64,000 nucleotides of DNA from Utricularia gibba (lineage: Eukaryota; Plantae; Magnoliophyta): contig NEEC01000016.1 of assembly GCA_002189035.1 (NCBI GenBank), positions 2,480,001 to 2,544,000 of the forward strand, written 5' to 3'. A model generated the notes under the pieces. It saw only the letters and a list, made by a program, of their open reading frames with translations. It was not told the origin of the DNA and made no database searches. The position numbers were made by a program, and so were the translations under genes. Positions 24,190 through 36,700 of the stretch are shown piece after piece. Position 1 is the first letter of the stretch. Each line of letters opens with the position of its first letter.

Positions 24190-25309
24190 AGTACACATGC
24201 ACCTAGCACCACAACGTGTATAGCTTGTCCTGTATTGTGCTTTTGCTAAACTGTCATAAAAAAAAAGTATTGTGTAAAACCCTTTCCCTTGTTCCCTTTC
24301 CATTACTTGCGATTACAATTAATTGCAGTAGTTATTAACTAAAACGTGTATTAAACTCCCTACATGCATGCAATCATGACACGTAATGTGTTACTTTTCT
24401 CCAAAAGATTCATTATCGGTGTTCGTTCAGCTACCCTATTTTCGATAAATGCTTTGACAACACCGCTTACTAAAACACCCTACACCCCTCACGGTGTGCT
24501 ATCAGTGTCCGTCACCTAGAAGTGTACGCCATCATCGATTTTAGCAGTTGCTATCCATTGAATGTCAGCTTTTGAAGTGCTTACTTTGTTATTTTTTGTA
24601 GATGTTGACATCAGAAAAAATACGTGTGAGATTCATAGTCCTAGAGCCATTTCGTATGTGGGACAAATTGCCTGACGAAACATAAGACTCCGAACCTCTA
24701 GAAAGGATTGTACCCACACACTTCGTGGAGAGCACTAAGCATTTTTTATATGGGTTGTGCCTACTTCCACCTCCATTCATGATAGAGATAGTTGTGGCAC
24801 AACATATCTAATTCTCGTACTAAACTCCACAATCCCTTGCACACATATTGTCATTTATTGAGATATGCAAGGAGGAGAGCATATCGTTGGAACTACATGT
24901 CTTTTGTGTGGTATTTGTGTGCGTGCACTTATAACAAACCTTAGAAGTGCGTACGATGATTGGTAGACTAGTTTTGTATGGGTGTGTCCACTTAGCCCAC
25001 CCACATAGCAAATAGTTCTGAAGGACTTCGAGCACATTGGACAGTCTTCTGATAAGTCTAGTGCACAATCTTTCTTGGGTACACTGGATATGATACATAG
25101 AGATCTACTATTTGTGTATATTGGCATTGATAGCACACAAATTTTCCTATTTTTATGATATGAAAATCACAAATTTTTAATTATGTTTAGTTTTTAATTT
25201 CATAGTTTTAAGTGTTTTTATATGATTAGGGAAAATGTGATTTTTTGTGTATTAGTGGGCTAAATCCTTTGATTTAGCCCACTTGGCTAAATCCTAATCG
25301 AAGGAATTC

Positions 25310-25670
25310 CTCTTGGCAACAGCTGGGCACACTCTTGTCAATCAGAGTGTAAGGGAGAGTAGGCTATTCCTTGCTCCTATAACCAGCTATTTGGAAGAAA
25401 TCAGTGAAAACCGAGGCATGGACGGACAAAGGAAGGAGATGGAATCTGATTCCCAGGAACTGCGTACCGTAGTCAAGGCCCATCACTTAGGTTGTAACTT
25501 TTATTTCTGCATTCCAAAAACCCCCTTTTGCAAAACCGTGACATTTTGTGAAAGTTCTTTACAAAACACTCTTCACGAAAAACAACTCCCTGTGATCGAT
25601 ACTCGTACTATGCTTTCTAGTGTTTTACGTTTTAAATATTTAAAATTTGTTGAGGAAACGACACGCAACA
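25310..25670. repeat. LTR fragment (family F) abutting Athila gag
   Basis: Similar to 47700-48162; both copies end GAGGAAACGACA(C/T)GCAACA. Confidence 0.6.
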
Positions 25671-25679
25671 GAAGGCAAT

Positions 25680-26630
25680 GGGATATCTGGAGCCACAAAG
25701 GAAGAAATATGATCCCTATTCGAACACTTACAATCTTGGTTGGAGGGATCATCCAAATTTCAGATGGAATAACAATGATAATTCTTACAAGGGTGAGAGT
25801 TCATCAGATGGACAACAAGGATTTCAGCAAAATTTCCAAGAGTAGCAGCAACGTTCTTATCAAGCTCCACCATTTCGCAAGCCAAACAAGCAAATGCAAC
25901 AGCAATTTCAGCCTCCAAACCAGAATAATTCTAGAGGAAATTCAAGAAGTTCATTGGAGGATATTTTGAAGACTTTTATGACCCAATCTATCAAGAACCA
26001 AGTTGAGAACCAACAAGCTATAAAACAAATGGAAATTCAAGTTACTCAGCTAGCAATAGAGGTTGGGGAACTGAAGCAAAAAGGAAGCTTACCGTCGCAA
26101 GCCAAACAGAATCCCAACTCTGGGGGAGAACAAAATATCAGCGCAATGATACTAAGAAGTGGGAAAGCAAAACTTTGAAGAGAATTAGTCCAAACTGAGA
26201 GTAATTTAGCGGCGGGAGAAGTGTATGAAGTTGAGGTTGAAGGAGAAGCTGAAGAATAGGAAGCGGAGATTGCTACAAAACCTCTTGTGGTAAAAGTAAA
26301 CCCACCACCATTTCCAGGAAGGCTGAAAGTGAGAGAGGAGCAAAATGAGAAAGAAAAAATGTTGAGAGCTTTAGGTAATACTCAGTTAAATTTGAAATTG
26401 TTGGAGTATATTGACTTGGTGCCCAAAAGCGTGAAATACTTGAAGCAGCTCTATATGTCAAAGCCAAAATTGAAGGAAAAAGGTAAGGTGAAGCTGAGTG
26501 AGAGTTGTTCAGCCCTTTTGATTAGGAAATTATGGGAAAAATGCATCTTGGGTTCAGTAATGTTGTTACTTTTCTTGCTCAAAGGTTATGCTATGATAAA
26601 ATTTCCGAGTTGGAATTCCTGCATGTAGAA
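25680..26630 (+). pseudogene. Athila-type gag C-terminus/protease linker remnant
   Basis: YDPYSNTYNLGWRDHPNFRW; IKQMEIQVTQLA...GSLPSQ...NISAMILRSGK; PPFPGRL...VPKSVKYLKQL...KVKLSESCSALL. Confidence 0.85.
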
Positions 26631-26851
26631 ACAAAATTAGCCCTCTTAATGCTCATTTTCTTAAAACTACTGGACTAATTCGGGCATGAGGAAGTGGATA
26701 TGTCTTTAGGTCTCTTGCGGGAAAGAACTCCCATTGAAGGAAAAGGGAGAAACCTCTGCTCAAACACTCACAACCCGAAAGAATGAAAAAGGCTGCTGAT
26801 ACAAGGAGCAAATTGGTATGGTTTATCACAGGCTTGGGCATTTGCTAAGAG

Positions 26852-26975
26852 TAGAGGTGGGTTTGGTTCGAACCGAAACCTTCGGTTTCGGTTCCAGGAG
26901 GTGGATGTCAATACGGTTCCGGTTCCGGAACCGTGGAACCGACAGTTACGACCCGTGTATGAACCGTACTGTTCA
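26852..26975 (+). mobile_element. hAT left terminus with subterminal repeats
   Basis: TAGAGGTGGG start followed by dense GGTTC/GAACCG repeats typical of hAT ends; right TIR and TSD not found. Confidence 0.6.
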
Positions 26976-27684
26976 TGGTCCCGACACTCACAAGCTTAGG
27001 TGGGTGTCTAAAAAAATGTAATTTTATTGTATATGTTTTCAATTACTAATAATTTAATCACTTTAATAATTTATTTCATTTATTGTATATACTATAAATT
27101 ATAAAATTAGAGTGAAATTAATAAATATAAATGTATAACCTCAATAGAAAAATACTAAATTACTCAAATTTATTGAATAATTTCGATAGTTCAACCAAAT
27201 AAATATTTTAACATTTCATTATCTATATATTTTTCTCAATAACCAGTTATGCATTGCCAAGATCTCTAATTTATCTATATTGATAGCACAATGTATATTT
27301 AAACATAAGTATATATTGAAAATACTCATGTGAAGACTGCCATGACAGCATCATATTTAAAATATATTTTTTATGTATATATTAATCTCAACGGCTAGTA
27401 CATGCATTTGTGATTGTGCACACTATGGAGTTGCACATGGTTTTGAAAGTATCCGTTGCTATTAGTTTAATAAAAAAATTTGTCTATATATATGATATGG
27501 TTGTCTTATAGTTTTTCCATTACTTTCTCTAATTGTCTCATCACTCATTATCAGAAATAACTCTATTTCAACTTCTACATACAACTCGTGATTGGAGATA
27601 CTCTTAAGTCTCAAGTTTCAAATTTCCACTTGGACGACATTGGTGAGGCCTGCAGGGTAACAGGTTTTTTTTATTTTTTACTAA

Positions 27685-29791
27685 ATGGAGGGGTCTGGTT
27701 TACTAAATTCGTCTCAAGCTTCTCAAGCTGATTCTACTATACCTTGTGTTTTTGAAAATGATAGAGAATTTTCTTTTGGGGAAGATCTTCAATTTTTACA
27801 AGAGCTTGAATGTAGTCCTTTACCCGAACATAATGATTTTTCTAATCCTCAAGAAGTGGGTTCTTCTACCTCATCGAGTCTCCTTTGTCGTAAAATATCA
27901 AAAAATACTAGTGATGATTCTTTGGATGTTGGAGAGCATTTTGTTGTTTCTAATCCCAAAAAAATTTCTTGTAATAATTGTGGTAAAGAGTATACTTTCA
28001 AAAAAGGTTGGGGAACCGATATATATAAGAGGCATGTTAGAGAGAAGCATAATGATAAATTACCACAATTTCGTCAGACTAGATTATGTTTAGAGGGTGA
28101 TAATAGTGTGGGATTATCGAATTTTGTTTTTAATTATAAACTTTTTCAAGTAAGTGTGGTGCGTTATTTGATACTTAATGAACTTACTTTTTCATTAGTT
28201 GAAAAATCTTCTTTTAATGATATGTTGAAACAAGGTCAACCGTGATACAAAAATTTTTCTAGGAAAACCGCGCATCATATGGCACTTGAGGATTCTAAAA
28301 ACATGCGTGACTCTTTAATTTCTACTTTTAAATCGCTACAATGTACTTTTTGTTTGACTTGTGATGGTTGGAAAGGTTGTAACAATGAGAGTTATATTGT
28401 TATTACATGTTCTTGGGTAGATAATTTTTGGTGTATGCAAAAACGAATTTTAGCTTTTCAAGAATGGCCATCACCACATAATGGTTTTTCTATTGCTAAA
28501 ATCATTGAAAAGGTCACAGCATTTTATGGAATATTTGATAGGATTTTTTCTATTTCTTTGGATAATGCCTCTACAAATAAAAATGCTATTGACATTTTGA
28601 AAAGTAGCATGAATCCTATGTTGAATAACATTTTTTTCCACACTAGGTGCACATGTCATATCTTAAATTTGTGTGTTCAAAATGGTTTAAAAGAATGTGA
28701 AATTTTTTTAACTCCTATTTGTGATTTAGTGAGTATGATTAAAACTACACCTAATAAAAGAGATAATTTTAAGAGGATTTGTCAAGAAAGAAATATCTTT
28801 TATCGAAGTGATTGTCCAACTAGATGGAATTCTACATATGATATGGTACAATTTTTGATTCCTTATGAAAATGTTCTTATTGAATTTTGTGAATCTTTCA
28901 TGGGTTTCAGTTTCTTGACTCATTCTATTTTTGAAAAAATAAGAGATTTAGTAAATTTACTAGAAACATTTTATTCTTGTACTAAGATTTTGAGTGGTAT
29001 TTTATTATCCAAATTCTCAACTTGTGCTTTCATGTATTTGTAAAATTTCGTTTGCTTTTTATGATCATCAAACTGATTGTGATTTTTTGGGAGATGTAGT
29101 GCGAAATATGAAAAATAAGTTTTTGAAATATTTTGATGAAATCCCACAATTGTTTCTTATTGCACCTATTTTGGATCCTCGGGTTAAATCTAGAGGTGTG
29201 AAAACATTACTTGAACCCATTTCGGAGTCATTTAGTGTAGAGAATGTTGCTTTTTCCATTAAAAATTGTGAAGAAATAGATGTTGATGCTAACAATATTT
29301 TACATGCCATGTATTCCCTTTATGCTTTTAAATATAGTGATCTTAGTGTTCCTATTCCTAAAACATGTAATAATTCGATGTTTGGCAGTCGCAATCCGAT
29401 GGACATTATTCGTAGAAAACATAGCTCATTTGTGTCATCCTCTTCATCATCTTCATTAAATTTTGTTGATCAAATTACACTTTACAATAATACTCGTATT
29501 GTTGAGGGTGTTGATGATGACAACTTTGATATATTGGGTTGGTGGAAGACAAATTCTACTACTTACACTATCTTGGTTAGAATGGCCAAAGATATTCTAA
29601 CACCTTCAGCATCTACAGTGGCATCCGAAAGTGCGTTAAGTGCAGGGGGGCGAGTTCTTAATCACAAGCGGTCCAAGTTGAACATAGAGACCCTGGAGGC
29701 ATGCATTTGTCTAAAGGATTGGCAAGAGGCATTGAAAAGAAATCAAAGATTATACTCAAGTTCAAGTGAAGATGAAGTTGAAGACTCCTAG
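27685..29791 (+). pseudogene. hAT (Ac-like) transposase with BED finger and dimerization domain; premature stop at 28243-28245 and frameshift at ~28994-29043
   Basis: CNNC...H...KH BED finger; LTCDGW; SLDNASTN; HTRCTCHILNLCVQ; CPTRWNSTYDM; ILDPRVK; FDILGWWK...MAKDIL..SASTVASESALSAGGRVL...LEACICLKDW. Confidence 0.95.
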
Positions 29792-30215
29792 GTTGATAAC
29801 ATTGTGTGCTTCATGAAGTACTATTACTTTGTAATAGTATGTTGTATTCATGCCTTTCATTAAAATTATATGATCCAGGCACTTACCAAAACCTTTGGAT
29901 ACATCCTTACCAGGCACCCACATTTACGCATGTGGATGCTTGGAATAGGGTTACACTCATACGGATCGAACATAAGGATAGAGTGCAATATTTTCAAGTC
30001 AAATAAATAATACACTCGATCCTTATCGTTCTGAAATATAGAGTGTATTTATTTTATTATACACTGATATTCGATACTTAGAAAACATAAATACTCCCCT
30101 TATATTTTTGGTGATGCCTACACTTCATTTTGGAGGCTCCCTCTAAAAAAGTCATCAACAAAAATACTACAACTACAATATAAATGTTTAAAAGAACTAA
30201 TATTAGAGGCTCCCT

Positions 30216-31444
30216 CTAACAATCTTGTAGGCATGCATAATACTCCCATAAAGCATGTCCCTCACGTATCGGAGGCTGTCCTATTCGGTTCTCATGAACA
30301 TAACTTGGAACATCATGAGCATACCGTAACCCTTCAAGGAAAGTCCGCATCTCACCATCAACATTTTTTGATGCATCATCCCTATTAGTATGTGAATAGG
30401 GACTTGGAAAAACATCATTATTTTCCTGAAAAATTAATGGTTAGTTTTTATGTGTAACCAAGTGTATGCTAGAGTAGAAAAGCAAAAATGACTTACCGGA
30501 TTTTTCTTTGACTTGTGAGGCGAATCATCAATCAATAAGGTGTTTTGACGGTCATATCTTGTGTTTAATCCATTGTTGACAGCCCATGCACGATTCAACT
30601 CCTTCATGTAGACCGTGTTGCTAGGATTGCTGTGAACACGTACACCCATGTCCGTAGTCATCGTTTAATCCCACACAAAAATGAGTTTATCAAATTACGA
30701 AGGTAGAAAGACCCATTTAGTGATTGCTTGTAGCTGCTCCCTACAAAATAAATCAATTGCAAGAATGGGCACCATTCTAAATACCAATCTCAAAAAAAAG
30801 TAACACACATACCTGCCACGGGATGACCCTAAGGCTACATCAAAATTATCCATACACCACCTAATAAAGTCATGGGCATATGGACATAGAAAGACTGCAT
30901 AAATTACACCAAAAATCACCTATGATATCTCACAAATCTTGAATGCATATAACACCCAAAAATAAGTGTTGTTTTAGTACTTGATCGGCCATATATAATT
31001 TTATCTGGAGGGATTCGTGATCTTGACGGTCCAGCCCATACATGATGTCTGCGAGCACACCATTGACATCCAAGATTATCAGCTTTCGTTGAGGTTCAGA
31101 GGTACTCAAAGAGTGTTCGGTATATGCCCAACGGCTCTCATACCAATACAACTTGTAGCGAAGCTCTTAATTCTCCTTTGTTATAAATTCAAGTCTCTCA
31201 TCCACATCATTGAGACCATGTGTGAGCTTGTCCCCTTCAACATCATTACACTCTTGTGTCCTCTCATTACTAGACAAGTCTTCATTCTTTTGGGATACTC
31301 TAGGATTCTTCAACACACCACACCAATAACATTTTGTCCCCGGTGCATCCACAAATGGTGGTAAAATGTCAATAAAACTCCTTTGCATACTAGAGAAAAG
31401 GAGTATAAGATCTTGCACATCTCTCTTGTGCAAGGTATCAAATC
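30216..31444 (-). pseudogene. Five-exon NIF/FCP1-like HAD phosphatase pseudogene with N-terminal coiled-coil segment (exons 31444-30981, 30894-30813, 30776-30713, 30670-30497, 30425-30216)
   Basis: RKLIILDVNGVLADI; PPDKIIYGRS|IFLCPYAHDFIRWCMDNFDVALGSSR; VYMKELNRAW; NTLLIDDSPHKSKKNP|ENNDVFP...GEMRTFLEGL...IGQPPIRE...WEYY. Splice phases between these five exons are mutually consistent. Lesions: TAA at 31167-31169, 1-nt frameshift near 31012, mutated acceptor (TGG) and TAA at 30665-30667. Confidence 0.85.
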
Positions 31445-31489
31445 CTACAATAAAAAAAGATTTATTAACAATAGATTCAACAAAAATAT

Positions 31490-31990
31490 TCAATAAAAAT
31501 ATTAAATATGAGTAATTTCGACAAGTCTAAACTCGACATTAATAAATTGAATACACACATTGGAAAAGAGTATTGAAAAAAAATATTCAATAACACTAAA
31601 CTATATAAATATATACTCAATAAGAATAGATTAAAAAATATTCAATAATGATAGATTGAATAAAAATATATAGAAAAGTATTCAATAAGAATAGATTGAA
31701 TAAAAATACATTGAAAAAAACATCTTTCAAAAATATTGAATAAGAATAGAATCAAAAACAAATTAACAAACAAATTTAATTAGATTAGATCGAATAAAAA
31801 ACAAATTACTGAAAAATATTCAATAAAAACTAGATTTAATAAGATTAACTTCACTAAAAATATTTAATAAAACTATTCAATAACAATAGATTTAATAAGA
31901 GTAGATTAAAAAAACGTTCAATCATAATACATTCAATAAAAACATTGAATACAAATATTCAATAAAAATATTTCATATTTTGATTCATAT
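31490..31990. repeat. AT-rich tandem-like repeats (TTCAATAAGAATAGATT-like), putative intron
   Basis: Recurrent AATAAGAATAGATT / TATTCAATAA motifs ending at a polypyrimidine-AG acceptor (31445-31446, minus strand). Confidence 0.6.
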
Positions 31991-32029
31991 TTCTTTTAGC
32001 AATACAATGAAAGATTTATCTTTTGCCTT

Positions 32030-32553
32030 GTCTACTACTTCACTCGAATTAGGATCCATTTGAGGAAATTTTGTTTCCATTTGAGGAAATTTTGAGGAAA
32101 TTTTGTTTTCATTGGAGGATGTATCCAAACAAAGCTTGTCCACCATTTCTCAAATCCTCATCTCACATCTTTCACTAGCACCAACCCTTTTTTCCCCTTT
32201 AGGGTGTAGTGGTTCTTGTTTGGAGTCCTAGAGCATACACTCACAGCAAAAAAATAACGAAGTTCCACCTCAAGAGATAACTCCTCACAAATACTCACAA
32301 AAGCCAACACATATGAGATAGATCTTAGAGTCAAATGACATAATGGAATCTCTAAACATTCTAATATTTCTTCTAAAATGGGCAACAATGGTAAGCGCAA
32401 ACCACAACGAAAATGCTCTGTGATTAAGGAAAATCCCATTGGACCCACACGGTTTGGAATTTCACTCTCAATCAACTCATCCGATTCTTTGTCCCAAATC
32501 TCATATTCATCCGGTATCAAGAATCTAGTTCTCAATTTTTCAGAAGTGTACAT
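32030..32553 (-). pseudogene. Transposase_28 (PF04195)-like transposon ORF remnant
   Basis: LRTRFLIPDEYEI...GFSLITEHFRCGLRLPLLPILEEIL..LEIPLCHLT.RSISYVLAFVSIC fits the family pattern as recalled; the frame continues past TGA (32158-32160) as GFEKWWTSFVWIHPP. Confidence 0.6.
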
Positions 32554-33282
32554 CTACAAAACACCCATAGGTATTGTATAAAAAATCAAACTACAATAAT
32601 TGGACAAGGTATTTCAATTTGGAAGACAGATCAGCAATCCATGGTGGAAAATAAATCACATACCTTGTTTAATTTCCCCGACTAGGGAGGACGGGGAAAG
32701 AGGTAAGAAAATTTTCTTACTGGATGGGTGGGGATTAGGTTGTCTTAATTGACAATGTGGGGAGTGGGTAAAGTAGGGACTGGGGTGGTGATGTGTAGTG
32801 CTATGTATGAGTGTGTGAAGAGTTAGTTTAATTACCCAAATCATTAGGAAATGATTACACGCAATATGTCTCTACGTTCATAGTTGTTGGTAATTACTTT
32901 TTTTCTTTTCAGGTGAGAAGTGTCGCTCGCTTGAATCGATCCGAACCCACTGTGTAATTCTTTTGGAAATGCTGTTTAATTACTCTAATTTTGAGGCATC
33001 GAGAGTTGCTAATGTGGGCGACTAGCACCGTCACCCGTAAAATTGTATTATCTAGGCACCCATACTCTAATATTTGGGAATTGCGCAATTTTGAAAGAAG
33101 ACTTAATTTTAAAAATACCAATGTTTTCGCGCATTAATTGGAATATAAAAAATTGAAAATGAAATTCTTTAATATATCCTAAATATTACAAAAAATATTA
33201 AATCACATGTTAATTAAACATTGAAATAAAATTTCAGTAAATAAAGAATATACATTGAAAAATTAAATTTCAGTTAATATAC

Positions 33283-33540
33283 AATAAAATTACATTTTTT
33301 TAGACACCCACATTGGCTTGTGAGTGTCCGGGAAGAACATCTGAAAGACTAAGACCATTCTCTAGCCACCCGCATTTGCTCATGACTCATGTAAGAGTGT
33401 CATGAGGGCACTTGAGATCATTTTCCAAGCACTCACATCTATCGTCAGTGTGTCTGGCAAGGGGTGTTTGAAAAGATTTTCCAGGCACCCACTTCCATCA
33501 TATGGGTGTATGAAAAAAGTGTCTGAAATAATATACAGTT
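33283..33540. repeat. Array of short hairpins (GACACCCAC...GTGRGTGTC), CACTA-like subterminal repeats
   Basis: At least three hairpins here; related hairpins at 26983-27010 and 29875-30050. Confidence 0.55.
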
Positions 33541-33544
33541 ATTT

Positions 33545-33740
33545 ATTTTTTAATGATTTTTTAATTTTTTAATTTTTTTTAATTTTTTTAATTTTTTTTT
33601 TTAAATTTTTTAAATTTTTTAATTTTTTAATTTTTTTAATTTTTTAATTTTTAAAATTTTTTAATTTTTAAAATTTTAATTTTTTTAAATTTTTAAATTT
33701 TTAAATTTTTTAAATTTTTTAAATTTTTTTTTAATTTTTA
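33545..33740. repeat. Low-complexity (TTTTTTAA)n tract
   Basis: Direct reading. Confidence 0.95.
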
Positions 33741-33794
33741 AATCTACGATTTAATTTTGAGAAACCCCCAACGCAGATTTTGGAATACGGTATA

Positions 33795-36700
33795 TGTTAG
33801 TGTATGTGTTCTAGAGACAATCAACTCATTGGCAAATCTTATCTTTTGATAGAATTGTGATCAAATTTATATCATTGATAAAATCCTCTACTTGATCTAT
33901 GTGCTATAGAAATTATGATGAGATCATAATGTGAGATTCTTCAAGTACTCATGATCAAGTTAAATCTCCCTGGCTAGGAGTATTTGTGAAATGAGTATAT
34001 CACAAATATGGATAAGCTGACACACATTGAGTTCCCTAAACAGTTTAGGCAATGGTTCTAACAATTGATGTAATGCTATTACTAGAACCTATGTGTGGGT
34101 ATCGATTAGAGAATCGATTCACTGGATGACTCATCTTCGAGATGCTACTATGGGAAGCTAACCAAGTGTCAGTAGCAACATCTCGAATATGACAGTCGTG
34201 CAAGTAAGCTTAGACTTGAGGTCAACAAAGTTATCTTGATCTTAAACTCACATTTTCGCTCATTACTAATGGGAGCCTAACCATGGCTTGCCTAGTGTGG
34301 ATGAGTAGGGATGTGACTCCTTAAGGTTGGAGATAGATGATTGATCAATAAAGGATTCATCACTCATGTTAGCAATGAGATCATATCTCAAGTAATTGCA
34401 TCAAAGCCTAACAGTAAGTCTTGGACCCAGGATAATGACACTCGAATTGTTTGAATAGGTCATTGAGTGTTGGTGCTTGAATGTTATTATAAGTTCAATA
34501 TATCAGAAAGACACACACCCATGTTCTGGTATCGAATGAGATATAACTATGATGAAAGCTATTCATTGCATGGTGGCTAGTGATGGAAAGGCTCAATGAG
34601 TTCACCTGATTATTCTTCAATCTTGGGGATCATGACATGTTGCTAGACATCACTCATGATCGATAATGATGGATTTGATTAATTAAGAGTTAATTAATAA
34701 ATCCATTATTACGGCCTTGATTGAGGAAGCCTATAGGGTCAAACACAATAGTGGAGTTACTCATCGATATAAAATAAAATGACACAATTACATGAGATGT
34801 AATTGGTAAAGTGGATAAATTAAATAGAGAATTATTTTGAGATTAATATTGATTAAACTCAAAATAAAAGATCTCATATAGATATGATTTGATATGTCAC
34901 AATATATCTATCATCAAAAAGATTTAGATCTTGATATTTGCTCCAAGGTCTTCGTGTTCTCTGAAACTGATCCACAAGGAGGCGTTTTTCTCTACTAGCA
35001 CCTGAGAAATTCGACCAGCATTCAAGAGCCTTGAGAAAGTTATCGACGGAGTGCTCCGCGTGTGGATACCATAGAGGCCGTCTGCTATTGACAGTTGGTG
35101 AACAATGGAGTCATCTTAAAGGTACTTTGAACATCCTTATGTCTGATGTATACCGTATTCCAAGATCTGCGTTGGGGGTTTCTCAAAATTTTTAAAATTC
35201 CGCTGCTTTTGAGACATACGATGTCTACGAGAAACCCAACAGTGGCATCGGAGTAAGGTTACAAAATACATGTATATGTTAGAATCTTTGCTGATTTTAC
35301 GAGATGTTCTCGTATGTTGCCTTGCTGGTGACACATTAGAATCTTTGCTGATTTTACGAGATGTTCTCGTATGTTGCCATGTCGGTGACACGTTATAATC
35401 TTTTCTGATTTTTCAAGATGTTCTAGTATGTTGCCTTGCCGGCGATCATCATAATAGCATGTGATTTTGCGAGATGTTTTCGTATGTTTCCTTGCCGGCG
35501 ATCATGAGAATAGCATGTGATGCACGAAATCTGATTATGTTGGATTGTTTTGCTGCCCTAGGATGCACGAAATTTGATTGATGATTGATGCTTTCGAGAA
35601 GCATATCTTACGTGTATATGCGCAGCATGATGATGGTTTATGTGTGAAAGTCGTGGGGCATGTTGGCCTTTGCACGAATTTTGATTATGATGATCATATT
35701 GGTGAATTATCGATGCATATGATGTTTGATAATTTATTTTTGATCAAGGCATCTAGGGTCAATTAGGATTTTCGAGCTTTATGTATGAAAATCCAAGGAA
35801 ATGATGCGTTATGAACGAAATGGCAAGGGTTGTCAAGATTCCTATCTGATAGGATATCAATATCTATAGTGCAAGTGTTGCCTATGGAAAAATCCCCTAT
35901 CAAATAATTAAGCTTATTCCTTCCACTGACATAAGGAGAACGAGAGTCATTTTTAGTGCATAGAGTTGTTGGCTACCGTCAAGCTCTCCACTACACATGA
36001 TGTGTTTGTGTTTTGTTAGTAAGGGCTGCCATCTCGAAAAAAATAGTGGGAGTATATCACATTTATTAAAGACCAGTTAGATGTGATTTAAGGAACACTA
36101 CATGATGTGTTTGCTTTCTCTTCTTCAGGTTGAAGATATGTCCTCCAGCGTGAATTTGAGATCTATTCTAGAGTCCAACAAGTTGGTTGGCTCGAATTTT
36201 ACTGATTGGCACCGCAATTTGAGAATTGTTCTCAAGGCAAAGAAGATTGCTTACATCCTTGAGCAAGATGTTCCTGCACAACCCAGGGCTAATGCAGCTG
36301 AAGATGTTCGGTGTGCATATCAGAAGTATCTAGATGATGCTGAGCTTGTCTCCTGTATCATGCTTGCTTCGATGGCCCCTGATCTCCAAAAACAGCATGA
36401 GGCGATGACTTGCCAACAGATGATAACACACCTCAAGGATCTGTTTGGTGAGCACTCACGACTTGAAAGGTTCAAGACATCAAAGTTGTTGTTCAATTGT
36501 CGCTTGGCAGAAGGACGTTCTGCTGCTGATCATGCGACATTGATGTTGAGTTACATTGAGAAGTTGTCCACTCTTGGTTTTATGTTGGATAAAGACTTGA
36601 GTATTGACTTAATCCTTACCTCACTACCTATAGCTACTCATAGTTTGTGATGAACTATCAGATGAACAAGATGGATCAAACTATTCCTGAATTGATTAAG

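Noticed and set aside
25313-25969. 218-aa ORF as a novel gene
   Set aside because: Chimeric chance ORF across a non-coding LTR fragment and an off-frame Athila gag; the meaningful frame reads YDPYSNTYN.GWRDHPNF.
27421-27425. CACTA terminus
   Set aside because: Isolated pentamer without the usual A-rich TIR continuation, partner end or 3-bp TSD.
27685-29791. Domesticated SLEEPER-type gene
   Set aside because: Premature stop, frameshift and a retained terminal repeat region indicate a decaying transposon.
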